Of a DNA stretch of 64,000 bases, positions 1-13,034 are shown in pieces; the stretch's first letter is position 1, and each line of letters opens with the position of its first letter. The position numbers and the translations under genes are program-made. Below the pieces are notes generated by a model, which made no database searches, was not told the origin of the DNA, and saw nothing but the letters and a program-made list of their open reading frames with translations. Source of the DNA: Lama guanicoe (taxonomy: Eukaryota). The stretch covers positions 4,029,374-4,093,373 of the forward strand of contig MU054220.1 in NCBI GenBank assembly GCA_013239625.1, in the 5' to 3' direction.

Positions 1-200
1 AGGTCTGTCCCACAGAAGGATAGGACACAGAGTGATCCCTTTAAAACAAAGGAGCATGCCACTTAGCTTAGACCCTCAGATCTTCCGCTACACTCAGAAT
101 ACCTCCAAGTGGCCCGCAGGCATGAGCTACCTGAGCTGGCTTCTGACCACCTCTTCCAAGTTCACTCCTATCCCATCCTTTTCCTGCCACGTGGACCTTC

Positions 201-823
201 ATTTATTTATTTACTTACTTACTTACTTTCAGTGAAGTATAGTTAATTTACAATATTGTTTTAGTTTCAGGTGTATAGCAAATTAATTTGGTTATACATA
301 TACATGTATATGTCTATATTCTTTTTGAAAATTCTTTTTCATTATAGTTTATTAAAAGATATTGAATGTATTTCCCTGTGCTATACAGTACATTCTTGTT
401 GTTTATTTTATATATGATAGTGTACATCTGTTAATCCCATACTCCCAATTTATCCCTCTCCTCCTTCTCTTTGGTAAACATAAGTTTGTTTTCTATGTCA
501 TGACTCTGTTTCTGTTCTGTAAATAAGTTCATTTGTACTATTTTTTTAGATTCCACATATAAGTGATATCATATTATATTTGTCTTTCTCTGTCTGACTT
601 ACTTCACTTAGTATGATAATCTCTAGGTCTGTCCATGTTGCTACAAATGGCATTGTTTCATTCTTTTTTCTGGCCCAGTAATATTCCACCACCCACATAC
701 ACATCACATCTTTATTCATTCATCTGTCAATGGACACTTAAGTCACTTCCATGTCTTGGCTATTGTAAATAGTGCTGCTATGAACACTGGGGTGCATGTA
801 TCTTTTTGAATTAGAGTTTTTTT
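201..823 (-). mobile_element. 5'-truncated cetartiodactyl-type L1 (ORF2 C-terminus + 3'UTR), runs into N gap
   Basis: Minus-strand peptide KKTLIQKDTCTPVFIAALFTIAKTWK is the L1 ORF2p C-terminus; (TTTA/CTTA)n tail at 201-230; same subfamily type as the copies at 21422 and 26595. Confidence 0.92.
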
Positions 824-962
824 NNNNNNNNNNNNNNNNNNNNNNNNNNNNNNNNNNNNNNNNNNNNNNNNNNNNNNNNNNNNNNNNNNNNNNNNNNNNN
901 NNNNNNNNNNNNNNNNNNNNNNNNNNNNNNNNNNNNNNNNNNNNNNNNNNNNNNNNNNNNNN
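824..962. other. Assembly gap (N run)
   Basis: 139 N. Confidence 1.
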
Positions 963-1837
963 TGGGCCTCCTTACACTTGCTTGAACCCACTGCACACTC
1001 CCACCCCAGGGCCTTTGCACTCCCTGTTATCTCTTCCTGGACACTGTCTCTCCTTTTATCCTAGTGACTCACTCCCTCACTTCACTCTGGTCTCTGCCCA
1101 GATGACATTGCCTCAAAGAGGTCTTCTTGGGCCGCCCCATCCTTTATTCTGCTTTCTTTTTTAATAGCACTTATCACAATCTGACATACTATGTATGTGT
1201 TTGTTTATTCATAATATTGCCTTTCTTTCACTAAAACGTAGGCTCAATAGGACAGGAATGTGTGTCTCTTCCCTACCGCATCCCAAGGGCTTAAAAAATG
1301 CCTGGCCCCCATCAGGTGCTTATGAAACATTTGTCGAATGACTGAACGAATAAATGAATGAATGAATGAAAACATTTTTGCAACTTATCAAGCAGAGGGA
1401 GATGGGAGAGAAGGAGACAGATCACGGTGAACTAGGAGACTCTGGTAGGGAGTTTGGAGTTTGAACTAATTGAAATAAGGAGATATTGAAGAATTTAACA
1501 TGATTTGACTTATTTTTTTTTTAAAGATAACTCCCCTAGGCATGTTATGGCAGAAAAAACAGAGGGAATTTTTTGACTATGGAATTGGGGGAAATTAGGG
1601 GCAATCTGGTAAGATTATGGGGAAAGCCGCAATTTCAGTCTCAGTCCCCCCATCCATCCTTTCCTTCTCCCTGTGTCCCCAACAATCTCTCTAAAATCTC
1701 CTTCTGGTTAAAAAAACAAAGGAATAAATGTAAGGGTGATAGAATCACTGCCTGCCCCATCCTGCTCGCCGTGCATTTTCTATCTGTTCCCTACGTGGCC
1801 TCCCCATTCCCGAGTGTGTGAGAAGAGGGTCCGGCCC

Positions 1838-1978
1838 TGATTTATGCTGCTGACAGAAAACCTAATGAATTGAAGACATAAAAGCATAACAAGGCTCCCC
1901 CTGGGATAAATCCATTCTGAATTCGGGCCTTTGAGAGGGGCGCGTGGCCGTGCTGACAGCCCGGTGTCCGTGATGGAT
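1838..1978. promoter_or_regulatory. Candidate enhancer with paired PBX-HOX and MEIS/PREP motifs
   Basis: TGATTTAT 1838-1845, TGACAG 1851-1856, TGACAG 1954-1959, TGATGGAT 1971-1978 in repeat-free sequence that retains CpGs. Confidence 0.45.
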
Positions 1979-4174
1979 GTGGCTCTGGACGCCGCGCTTG
2001 GGGGCACCAAGGATCTCGTTGGGGGTGGTAACGGGAGGAGCTCATGTAGACTTCGGAGGCTCTAAAACATCCTTGTAGCAAAAGGAGCTTAAGGCAAATC
2101 CAAAGCGGAGATTCCAAGCACATGCGGGGTGTGCGCAGGGCCCATTCCATTGTATGGGGAGGATGCAGGGACAACCTGGACAGATGGAGGTTCTCCAGCC
2201 TGGTCCTAGCCTTGGTCCAAACTTTGTCACTAAATGCAATCTTGGACAACCCCCTAGCAGGGCATCTATGTCCACTTGTAAAATAAGGCTTCAAACAAAC
2301 CAGGGACTGAAAATGTCAGTCAGTGCCTACAGAAGCCCAGGACAGATTTTGCATAAATGAGAGAAGTGAGCTGGATGGAAGCTGTAGGACAAAGGAGAAC
2401 CGTTGCCCTGTTTATAGGAAGCGGCTGCCACTCAGCTTTTACCAGCGGGATAATAATCAGAGTTGGATCCAGGAAGGAGGCAGTGCCGGCACTTCTGTTT
2501 ATGGAAGAGCACTCAGAAAGTGGGATTCATCCCCTTTTAAAAATGCTGAAAACTAATTAAATAGAATTTTAAATGATAATAGCTAAATCCAGCCTCTGGG
2601 CCACCTATATGAAACCTCCCAATGAGAGGACCACTCAGAATGCTATCCAGTTCTAATTTGATTGATTCAACAACCATTTAGGGGGAACTCCATACATGCT
2701 GGGCACTGTGTGAGACACTCTGGACACAGATAGGACCAACTTGGAGCTCAACACTCAGCAACTATTTACTGGCTAGAACAGTGTGAATAAAGGCTCTGAA
2801 GCTGGAGGGCCAGTGGTGCAGTCAGAGGACAGCCCAGCGGTGGCCAAGACAAGGCAGGACTGGAGCTGAGGCCATGGGCAGGCGGTGGAAGATCCGAAGG
2901 GCTTGGCAGCCCTGGTGGAGGAGGGGTTCTTTGTCCTCCAGCTCACCCCACTTTGAAGCTGGGGGTATGCGGGTCAGACTGTACCCTCTGGTAGCTGTGT
3001 GGACCATGTGCGGCACAACTAAGAGGACCACGTAGGCAGCTGTCAATAATGCAGGGAAAGTTGATGTGGCCTTTTACCAATGTGGCCTTGGCAGAGGCAG
3101 AAGGGAAGGAAAAGAGGTCACCTTTGAAGGACTGGTGAATTTCTCCCCATATTTTCTGGGGCATTTCTCTGTTGGTTGGCACCAACACAGAGCTCCTGGT
3201 GGCAAGTGACAGAAATGAACGGTGGCTAATTTGAACAGACAAAGACTGGAGAACCAGGCTCAGAGGCTAGGCTATGAGGAGCAACCCCCTCAGTCACACT
3301 ATAGAACTGACCCATGAAGATGCCACCACTATCCCTGAGCAGGTCTCAGCCAACTCTACTGTCGCCAGATAGCATAGCTGGCTTGCGACACCGAGTGGCT
3401 GAGCAATAGGTCTTGCTCAGGGGATGATAGTTCTTGCTTCCCTGGGACTTGCAGCTGTAAGGCAGCCATATCTGTAAGGCAATCAGCGTGGTCCCGCAGT
3501 GCCTGGTTGCACAACCACTCAGGAAACGGCAGCTCTGACCATCGTCTTCAGCATCCTTATCATTCCTAAGGTTACTTTTTAAATTACTCCTCCCAGCAAA
3601 GCAGTTAAACTCGCTCCCAAGACAAGGCTCTACATTGTATTCGTGTGTCCACACTCTGCACATTTTAGGGGCTCCACACTCTAAAGTGTTATCCAGTGTC
3701 TGATGGGAAATGACTCTTCAATAACTGGATGGATGGGCGAATGGCCTGTGAGGCCGGAGAATGAATGACAGATGTAGCCAGTTAACTGTTTATTTCAAAT
3801 ATTTCCTTCAGTTGAAATACCACTCTCCTTTTCCCTTCCCTTTGACCAGACGAAGGGAGAACAGATGTCCCGAGTCAGACCAGGGATGCCCCAGCATTGG
3901 CGAGACACCCTCTGTGGCCAGCTCCATGTCTCCCACCGGGAAAGAGGGATTCCAGATGTTTCTGAGGAGCTGGTCACCCACCAGAAGGGTGGCGTAATCG
4001 AGAGGAAGTAGGGGTCTCTGCACATCAGCTGCTAAGTGAGTGTGAGCAAAGGAGGGGGCGTGGGATGGAGCCCAGCTCCAGGACACAAGCCGGGAAAGTG
4101 CTTGCTGCGCATGTGTTGCAACACGGGCTTGTGTGTGGAGAGGTTTTTTCTCACCCCAACGTCACATCATGGAG

Positions 4175-4508
4175 TGTGTCAGAGACAGTGGGAACCCACA
4201 AAACATCCAAGTGCTCCTTCCATCTCCCAGAACCCCTTGCAGCTGGGGCGGGGCCCCAGGCTCCCCCCAGGCCAGGGGACTGTGAATGAAAACTCCGGGT
4301 GTCCCTGCCGGACAGAGGTGGTGACAGCTGGCGTCCCTGCCCTGTCTCTCTCTCTCCTCTACCTCAGGACCTTAGTGGCCACAGGTTCCAGATGCTGCTG
4401 CTGACACACAGCAGAGTTTATGAGAGTGAGAAATACAGTGTTACTGCGTCAAGCCGCTGAGGGGTCCGGGCTTATCAGTTCCCATGGCGCAGCCTTGTCT
4501 ATCCTAAT
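4175..4508 (+). mobile_element. MaLR LTR (MLT1I/J-like)
   Basis: cccagaaccccttgcagctgggg body and gagtgagaaata...aagccgctgag...tatcctaata 3' end typical of MLT1. Confidence 0.6.
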
Positions 4509-4599
4509 AGTTGGGTTCACATCTAAGTAAGTCTACATTTTTCAGAGGTAGCCAAGATCTCATAGTTTTATCAACGCAAGAGCTAATTGTATGGACTCT

Positions 4600-4720
4600 C
4601 AGAATCTTCTAGTTCAACCACCCCCTTTTCACAGGTGGAGAAACTGAGGCAGGCCCAGAGAGAAGGAGCAACATGCCCACTAAGGCAACAGGGTGGTGCA
4701 CAGATGAGTCCTCCACTGGG
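4600..4720 (-). mobile_element. MIR SINE
   Basis: ttttcacaggtggagaaactgaggc...cccagagagaagg core. Confidence 0.65.
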
Positions 4721-5289
4721 TCCCCTGATCTGCAGCCCATCATGACCACTCTGATCAAATCAAAGTTTTGTGAAAAATACTCTAAAAGTTCAAGAGACAT
4801 ACTCCTCCAAAGAGGCCTAAAAAGACATCTTGTCTGTGGGTCAGGCTTCTGGTGTCCCAGCTGCTGCCTGTTTTTGGGTAGCTCTCCATGAACTACCCTG
4901 GCTTCCTTCAAACCCTGCTGAGACCCCTCCTTCCCCTTCCCTGGCCCCTGACTGTTTCCCTCTCTCTCACCTTCTGGAATTCCTCCCGCTGAAGGCCTCA
5001 AGTGAGGTTTAAGTCTGTGGCTGATACCCAGAGATGTGTGTGGCTGAGGACCCAGGGCTTTATGAAGCTATCAAGACCTCTTCAAGGCATCATAAGGTTT
5101 ACTATGCAATGAGCAGCCCATATGAGTCGAGGCTGACCATTGCCACAGAGTCTCAAGCTCCCAGATGTCTGTGCAATCCTCTTGAGGATGGAGAGGTATC
5201 CGCTGGTGAAAACCAGGTATAGGAACTGACCTGGAAGTCACATTTACTGGGCACCCTCCCTGTGAATGTGATACACTCCCCCCACCAGG

Positions 5290-6010
5290 AACAGATGTTC
5301 TGTCAGGAGCAGACATGAAACCATTCATTAATTGCAATTGTGATAAATGTCATGTGTGAGATATTCAGGACAACGTGAGAGCAAATCATATCACCTAGGA
5401 TAGGAAGGTAGGAAGGTCCTTTTCAAAAGGATTTAATCAGGTGAGAAAGGAGGCAGGGAAGCACTCCTGGCAGAGGGTTCTGCATATGCAAAGGCCCTGT
5501 GACAGGAAGGAACTTGAAATGTTTGATGACTTGAAAGAAGGCCAGTGTGGCAGGAGGAGAGACAGAGACAGACAGACAGATAGACAGGAGGGAAAGAAAG
5601 AGAGAGGGAGACAGAGGAGATGAAATATGGGTCTAGTCATCGCAGGACCATGTCATGGATTTAGGACATTATTATTTTATTCAGAAAGACACTGAAGGAC
5701 TTTAGACAGAGACAGTGAGTTTTAGATGATGATGGCTGCTCTGTGGAGAATTGATGGTAGGGAAGCAGGAAGACCAGTTTGGAGGCTACTGCAGTGGGCC
5801 GGGGAAGAGATGGGCCTTTGATTAAGATGGTGACAGTGGAGATGGAGAGAAGAGGATAGATTCAGGATATATTTTGGGGGTCGGATGAACAGGCCTTGGT
5901 GATATGTTGGATGTGGGTCTTTGCGGGAGGTGGGGAAAGAGTCAAATTTCTGCCTCAGGCAGCTGACTAGACAGTGGTGCCAACTCCTGAGATCCAGAAG
6001 ACTAGATTTA
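5290..6010 (-). mobile_element. L2 remnant
   Basis: gcaaaggccctgtgacagga; ggaggctactgcagt; gtggagatggagagaag...ggatatattttgg. Confidence 0.75.
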
Positions 6011-6092
6011 TGGGGTAAGTGATTACTTTATCATTGGATGGGGCTTTGAGTGGTGGGACCAGGAGGTGGGCTCTGGATGAGAACTCCCAATC

Positions 6093-6480
6093 TTGTAGGC
6101 AGTAGCAGAGTTGTCAGGTATCTACCTCAATACCTATTCTCCTTTTTCCTCTTTAGTAATAGAACCTCTGATTCTTAGCTGGGCACATGACCATCTGGAA
6201 TAAAAAGCCATTTCCCAGCATTCCTATGATCCAGATGTAAACAGAAATGCTGTGTTCAACTATCGGGCAGTGCCCCAAACAGGAAGAAGGCTACTTTCCT
6301 TGTTTTTAATTCCTCCTTCTGGATAAATGGAAAGCAGACTTGATGTCCGGAGCTCAAGCAGCCATCCTGGATCATGAGGAGTAAGTCCCACGCTGAGAAT
6401 GTAGAGTAGCAACGTGGAAGGAGCCAGGGATGAGACTCTACAGTGCAACACCAGCCCCAACTACATACCTCTGGACTTCT
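6093..6480 (+). mobile_element. MaLR LTR (MLT1J-like)
   Basis: tttcccagcattcct; gcagccatcctggatcatgag; ggaaggagccagg...cctctggacttctt. Confidence 0.6.
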
Positions 6481-6519
6481 TTACCATGCACCTGACCTGG
6501 TCTTAGTGAATGCTAGGAA

Positions 6520-6980
6520 ATCTGACCCCCGACTCTTGAACAGTCTGCACTTCCTACCCCTTTCCCTCTCCCTTACTCCGTGCCAGCTACAGTGGCTTTC
6601 CTGTTCCTATCATGTTCCAAGCTTGTTCCCACTTGGAGACTTTGCATTCACCATTCCTTCTGCCTGGAATGCTCTTCCTGTTTGGTCCCACTCAAACATC
6701 CTCCCTTCAGAGGGGCATCCCCAAGCCCCTTCCTAGCGAAGTTTCTCCCCTTAAGGTTTCCTCTCTCATAGCATCTTGTTTCCTTTCTTGCATAGCATTT
6801 TTAAAAGTCCGGGCATTTTGCTTTTGTCTGTGTTGACTTGGGATGAACTGTTTCTTCTCACTCGAATGAGTGCTTTATAAGAGTGGGGAGCCCTGCTCTG
6901 AGTGCACCCTCATCTCCTAAGACTAAACAGAAACCAGAATGCATGGCGGGCTTAGTACATAATTATTGACAAATTAACAA
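6520..6980 (+). mobile_element. L2 3' remnant
   Basis: ctttgcattcaccattccttctgcctggaatgctcttcc. Confidence 0.65.
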
Positions 6981-7834
6981 AAGAAACTAAAGCAAGTTCC
7001 TATTTTACCAAGACTACTGAGGCCAGAAAAGGAAACTTACTTGCCCAAGGTCACAGTTCAGGTCCAGGACAGGCCTGGGGTCCAGGCCTCCCAGCACCCA
7101 GTCTGGGATGTGCCCCTCCCACATCTCCAAAGGGACAGGCAGACTCCTGGTGGAGGCACCCTCCGTTCCCTCTCTGCCTCTGGGGCAGGAATCTCAGCAT
7201 CTCTGACCTTCCACAAGCCTGGCTGGGCTGGCCTGGCTCCTGCAACCCCAAGACACCATCCCCAAAGAGGGGCTTTTGTCCCTGCCCCTCCTCTACTCCA
7301 GTATTTCCCTGAGGGGACTGCTTAGGAAGAGAGCAGGGGGAAGAGAAGCTGCCTGGGGCCACATCTGGAATGAAAAGCTGAAAACCCAGCTCAGTGCTGA
7401 TAACGCTTTATTGACAGGAGATGAAAGTCACGAGGGCAGCCCCTCTGCACGCCAGCTCCGCTCACTCGCACTGCTTTACGAGGTGTGAGGCGCTCCGGTC
7501 CCTTCGCTGGGCCCTCCCCACCCCTTTCCTGCTCCCAGCCCGCATTAGAGCCTTTCCAGGCAGGAGCCCCTGGCCTGCACTCCCACCCTTGGCCAGGGGC
7601 TTGGGAGGGGGATTGGCCCCACCTTGGAAAAGACTAAAAAGGCCCATGAAAGTTGCTCCTGCCCTGCCCAGCGGGCCTGGGGTTCGGTAGCTGCCCGATC
7701 CCAGAGGCTTGAGCTGAGACAAACCTTTATTCTCCCGTTATGTTATGTATCATAGGTTCTGGGAATGAGAACACGGACACGATTGGGGGAGCATTTTCTG
7801 CTTATCACACAGGCTCAGAGAGAGACCCTCCTGA

Positions 7835-7910
7835 GTATGCGTGTGAGAGAGTGTGTGTTAGTGTGTGTGTGTGTATGTGTGATGAGTGTATGCATGTGTG
7901 TGTATGCAGG
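7835..7910. repeat. Degenerate (TG)n microsatellite
   Basis: gtgtgtgttagtgtgtgtgtgtgtatgtgtgatgagtgtatgcatgtgtgtgtatg. Confidence 0.8.
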
Positions 7911-9659
7911 GTGGGGGGTATGCAGAGAACTGGATGCTCTAGTGGGAACCAGCTCATAGCGTGAGGTAGAACAGTAAGACAGGTATAAGTTTTACAGGCT
8001 ATAAACTCCAGTGTGCAAATAAATGTGACTTTATTTTTCCGTGACGAACCTTAACTTCTATACGGAGCCCTCGTGGTGCCGGTGCAATGAAACTTCATCG
8101 CATCCAGGCGGATGATGCACAGACAGCTATGACGCTCTCAGGCTTTCGCTGGACCAGTGTGGGAGCCAGGGATTACTCAGTCTGGGGACTGCCCCACCCT
8201 TCATCCTTTGGATGCAGGGCTCAGCTGTCAGCCCCTGAGGCTGGGGCCTTTGGAGGCAGCTCAGCCTCTTTCAGGCCTCTCCTTGCCACCTCTTCATGGT
8301 TCATGGGTCTCCTCTGCTTTGGGCGCCCACATTTCTGTCATTTAGCCAACTTGAGTCCCACAGGGGCAGCAGGGAGAGTCCCCGGACACCCACGTGGAGG
8401 CCACACTGTGGGGCCGCGGGAGACCCCACACAGCCAGCTCTGTGCTCTGGCTCCAAGCCCTGCTGCTCAAGGGATGCTGGCACAGGCCCCTTGTGCGATC
8501 ACTGTCACTCCTTGAGGACAAAGGGCTGTGCTCCAGGCTTGCGTGGGTCCCTGGCTGCGAGGCACCGGTTCCTCCTGCCTGCCCATCCCCCAGCGTAAAG
8601 GGGGCTGTTTTTCCCACCTCCTCCGGGTTCTGCCCTGGCGCTGGCAGAGCTCCCGTTCTGACACAAAGCCTCCTGCCACCTCCCCCAAACTCTGCTGTTC
8701 CTGAAACAAACCCCCTACCCAAACGGTTTAGCTCTTCACCTAAATCACAGCGAATTATAGAATTTTGGAATTTTTGTTCTTTCCCAGTCACTTGTGACAC
8801 CTCCCCGGGGACAATAGCTAAAAGCTGCTTAAAGCCAAAAGGCACAGGATGCAGAGTTGAGAGGTGGGTAGTGTCAAAGGGTAAGAAAGTTATAGAAATA
8901 CATGTTAATTAAGATGTCGTTAGTAAGTCTGTCATGATCCCATGGTGATGGATAGCGTGGGCTTCCTAGTCCACCATCGCTGAAGCCCAGTCTCGTTTTC
9001 TGTAAAATGGGTGCAGGAATGTCACCATCTACCTCCCCAGATTGTTTGAGGGCTAAATGGGAGTGTGTGTGTGGGTCTTAGTCAGAGCAGCGCCCTACTC
9101 AGGCTGGCGTCCATTGCTGCTCATTTTGGTGACAGGTAAGCTGTACTGGGGGCTTCCCATTAATAATATGCAATTGGCTTTAGGAATGTTTAAAAGTAGT
9201 CTGTTTACAGTCGATGAAAACTTTATGCCAATCATATTGGTTTTGTAATCTTGTTTATATTCCTTTTTTTTTTTTTTCAACTCAGAGCTGGTATAAAAGT
9301 TGAAAACATGGAGCCCACATCTGCTCGGGAACAATTCCACTGTGACAAAGTCTCAGAGGTCACGCCAGCTTTTTCTCCCTCTCCCCAAGAGCAGCAACCA
9401 TTAACCACGTGGGGAGACCCCCCCGAGGGTGGCCTGTGTGTTTGGGGATTTCTCTCCCGTGTGAGCTGCAGAGCGGAGGGCACACAGTGTGTACGCTGTC
9501 TACTGTGTGTGTTTGCGGGGTGCTTCTCACCTGGCATCATAGACAGATGGACTTCACTTTTTAGAAAGGCTCCGTGGAATTATGCTGGATAAATGCACTT
9601 GGGGCCTTGTAATCCCACCTCCTCAGCTACAGATGTGGACAGTCACAGACTTGCTGTAG

Positions 9660-9950
9660 CACCGTGACCAAGGATGTGCATTCGGAGCCAGGGAGACTCG
9701 GGTTGAAATCCCTGGTCTGCCATTCCTCTTGCTGGGTGATCTGGACAAGTGACCTCATTGACCCCAGCCTCGGGGTCCTCCTCTAACAAATGAAGGTTCT
9801 AATAGTGCCTATCGTTGAGATGGCACTCTTGTCAGGAGAATTAAATGAGGTCATATACAGATCCATTTTACAGATGGGTAAACTGAGGACCACATCACTA
9901 TCCCAGACTCGTCTAAGGTCATGCAAGTCCGCAGAGAAGAATTGGGGGTA
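9660..9950. mobile_element. Two adjacent MIR SINEs in opposite orientation (+ ~9660-9855, - ~9860-9950)
   Basis: gggttgaaatccc...gaattaaatgag followed by ccattttacagatgggtaaactgagg. Confidence 0.7.
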
Positions 9951-10139
9951 AGAGTCTGAGTCTTCACATCAAAATGCGAAAATCCTTGGCAAACAAACCT
10001 CCTCTCAGAGGCTGCGAGCAGGGCACAGGCTCCCAGCCTTCCATCAGCAGGCCTCCCTGTCCCTCCCCTTTCTCTAAGGGCATCTTCCTCCCTATCCTAA
10101 TGATGTCATCAGTGTCCATGTCTCCCTGGCTCTCTAGAC

Positions 10140-11110
10140 AGGGTGACCATGTAAAGACTTGGCAGAGGGGTGAGAGCACACCATGTGCAAAGGCCCTTAC
10201 CTGGAAGGAGCTTGGCAAGTTCAAGACTGACGTGAAGGCTGGTGTGAGTGGTGTGTAGTGGGCCTGGGAGAAAGAGGATGAGGGGACACTGGGGAACTCG
10301 GCAGGACCAGGCCTTCCAGGGCCTTGCAGGGCACAGTAAGTGCAGGAGAATTACACGGTCCCCATTGGAATTCTAATATATCCATTTTTCTGTGGCGTAG
10401 AATGTGCACATGGGCTGGGGAAGGAGGCAAGAGAGAAAGCGGACTCCAGTCCGGAGGTGTACTAGTTGGCCAGGGCTGCCGACGTGAAGAGCCACTGGCT
10501 GGGCAGCTCAAACAATAGAAATTTATGGTCTCACATTCTGGAAGTCTGAGGTCAAGTTATTGGCAGGGTTGGTTCCTTCAAGGGCTGTGAGGGAGAATCT
10601 GTTCCACGACCCTCCCCCAGCTCTTGTTGGTTTGCTGACCATCTCCGACTTTCCTTAGCTCATAGAAGCATCACCTGCATCTCTGCCTCCATCTTCTCCC
10701 TGAGTGCATGTCTGGGTCCACATTACCTCTTTTCTGAAAGACACCAGTCATGTTGAATTATGGACCCATCCTACTCCAGTATGACTTCATAGTAACAAAT
10801 TACATCTATCCACAAATAAGGGCACATTCTGAGCTATTGGGCTGTCTAGGACTTCAACATATGAATTCGAAGATTTCGAATTTTTCAACCCACACCAGGA
10901 GGCTAGGGCAATAGACCAGAAGGGATACAGCATGTGGCCTGGATCAGGTGATGTCGGTGGAGATGGGGAGAGTGGTCAGAGGGAAGACATATTTTGAAAG
11001 CAGAGCTGACAGGGTCTGCTGATGGATTGGAGGTGTTGGGGGAAGGTGGTGGTAGTGGAGAGGGAGGACCCATTCTGATTTCAGATTCTGGCTTGAAGAA
11101 CCAGGGGGAT
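10140..11110 (-). mobile_element. L2 remnant split by the MLT1 LTR at 10458-10897
   Basis: The flanks join into an L2-like ...ccagtcc-ggagg-ctagggcaatag...gtggagatggggagagtgg...atattttgaaagcagag. Confidence 0.75.
10458..10897 (-). mobile_element. MaLR solo LTR (MLT1B/C-like) with 5-bp TSD
   Basis: TG...CA termini flanked by GGAGG (10453-10457) and GGAGG (10898-10902); gggctgtgagggagaatctgttcca and ggacttcaacatatgaat motifs. Confidence 0.88.
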
Positions 11111-12049
11111 GTTGGGTGGGGGGCTGGGAAGTCGGGCTGGGAAGTTGGTCTGGGGGCAAGAAGTCAAGAGCAAGGTTTGCAGCCAGCGGGGGCAGACACA
11201 TGTGGTGTTTGCCCCGGCTTACCTCGCGGGTCCACCTTGTCCTGGGCTGGAGGAAGCGGGCCCTAATGAGAGGCAGCTGTGGCCGGGCGGCCGGCTCGCA
11301 TTCGTTCTGCTTGCAGCATCAAAGGCCTGAGAAGAGGTTGTCCAGCCCTGAAGGCCACGGCCATCCATCTTGGAGGCTACATTGCCAAGAAACCAGGTCC
11401 ACGTGGCCAGCGCCTGCTCTCTCCGTGAGGAGGACCCCTGCCCCCACTTCCCAGCACAATTCCCCCGCTGCAGCTTTGGAAGCTTTCCCTCCACCTAACA
11501 CCCTCCCACCCCTACCCCAGGACTGGTTTGCCCCTGCGCGAAGAGCTAAATCACATGAGATAAGGAGAGGGTGGGTAGCTGCAAAGACAGAGAGGGAGAG
11601 GCTCATGGGACATGCCTGACTGTGCCCAAAGTGGCCCCCAAACACGTTCAGTTCTACTTAGTAGCAGGGGAAGGGAGCCAGCACGCTCTGCCATCACCCT
11701 CCTGTGTTAGAGCCCAGGTCTGCCTCTTACCGGCATCTATAAAACAGAGGAAGAAATGATGCCTGTGTCATAAGGTAATCGTGAGACCTGAGTGCTTGTC
11801 ACACGGTAAGTTCCTGTTTTTATTACAATTGCTGTTATTCTTGTTATTTGGGAGTAATCATTTTACATCAAAATTTTGTATTTCAAGTGTTCACACTAAC
11901 AAAACAAGAAAGACTCAGACCTTCTATGTGAATCTTCTGCTGGAGGTAGGAATGTAAGCAGTTATGGTATGATAGATTCTCAAAATTAGTAATAACAAAT
12001 GTTTATAGCCAAGCCACGTGCTGGTGTGGAAAGATCACCTACCGTGGCA

Positions 12050-12230
12050 GCCAGCTGGGAACTCTCAGCTCACATCTGCTGTTCACTAGCTGTGTGACCC
12101 TGGGCAAGTCACTGCACCTCTCTGAGGATCTAAATCAGGGACGAAATGATAATACTTGTGAGTATTAAAGATCATATATAAAGGATCTGGCCCCAGGACA
12201 TGGCTCACAGTAAATACGCAGTAAATAATA
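12050..12230 (+). mobile_element. MIR SINE
   Basis: actagctgtgtgaccctgggcaagtcactgcacctctctgag. Confidence 0.75.
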
Positions 12231-12235
12231 AGTTT

Positions 12236-13034
12236 TGTGGTAGATTGCTGGTGTTAATGCCTCCATCCCCTCCCCCTTCCCCACCTTCTGCCAAATTCTT
12301 TACCCCTCAGGTGTCCTCACTCTTTGTTGTGTCCTTTTTTAGCATCATGCCTCTATGACTGTAGCTCAGACACGTGACTTGTTTTAACCAATGGAATGTT
12401 AGCAGGTGTGATGCCAGCTTGTACCGCTGACCCCTGAATAACGTGGGGTTTAGGGGCTCCAACCATCTGCACAGTCAAAAACCCAAGTGTAACCTGCAGT
12501 TGGCCCTGTGTACACGCAGTCCCCCTGCACCTGTGGTTACCCATCTCCACGACTCCACATCCACAGGACCATCACCCCTCGGTCTGTAGTACTACAGTAT
12601 TTCCTCCTGAAAAAAACTTGAGTATAAATGGACCCTGTGCAGGTCAAACCTGTGTTGTTTAAGGGTCAGCTGTACTTGAGAAAGCACCTGTGTATTTCCA
12701 CTCCCTGTCTCCTGTTTCTCTGCACCTGCCATGACACTAGGTCTGGGCCACCCTGGCAGAAGATGCAACCTGTGCGGAGAGCTGAGTCGGCCCAGTCATC
12801 TCGGACCAGGCCAGCCTAGATCAGCCGAGAGCCAGCCAACTCCAGACGTGTGCACGGACTCAGCCAGAGAGAGCTGCCCAGACAGCACGAGCAAGTCCAG
12901 CCAAGGACCGCCAAGCCCACCCCAGATCAGCACAACCCTACAGACGCTTGAGCCAGATACATGTTTGTTGTTGTACGCATCCAAGTCTTTGCGGCTGTAA
13001 ATCAGCGTTATTGTGGCAACAGATAATAGATACA
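12236..13034 (+). mobile_element. MaLR solo LTR (MLT1G/H-like), interrupted by a Tigger MITE
   Basis: tgtggtagattg start; gtgacttgttttaaccaatggaatgttagcagg; ggcaacagataatagataca end. Confidence 0.75.
12424..12672. mobile_element. Tigger2-family (TcMar) MITE
   Basis: Terminal inverted repeats ccgctgacccctgaataac / gttgtttaagggtcagctg (consensus CAGTTGACCCTTGAACAAC); TA target duplication at 12422-23 and 12673-74. Confidence 0.85.

Larger units (their letters stand above)
26..1370 (+). mobile_element. LINE-2 (L2a-like) 3' remnant, interrupted by an L1 at ~201-823
   Basis: L2-type segments (cagagtgatccctttaaaa; cagggcctttgcac; tagcacttatcacaatctg) ending in the diagnostic ...tgaataaatgaatgaatgaatgaa tail at ~1370. 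Confidence 0.75.
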
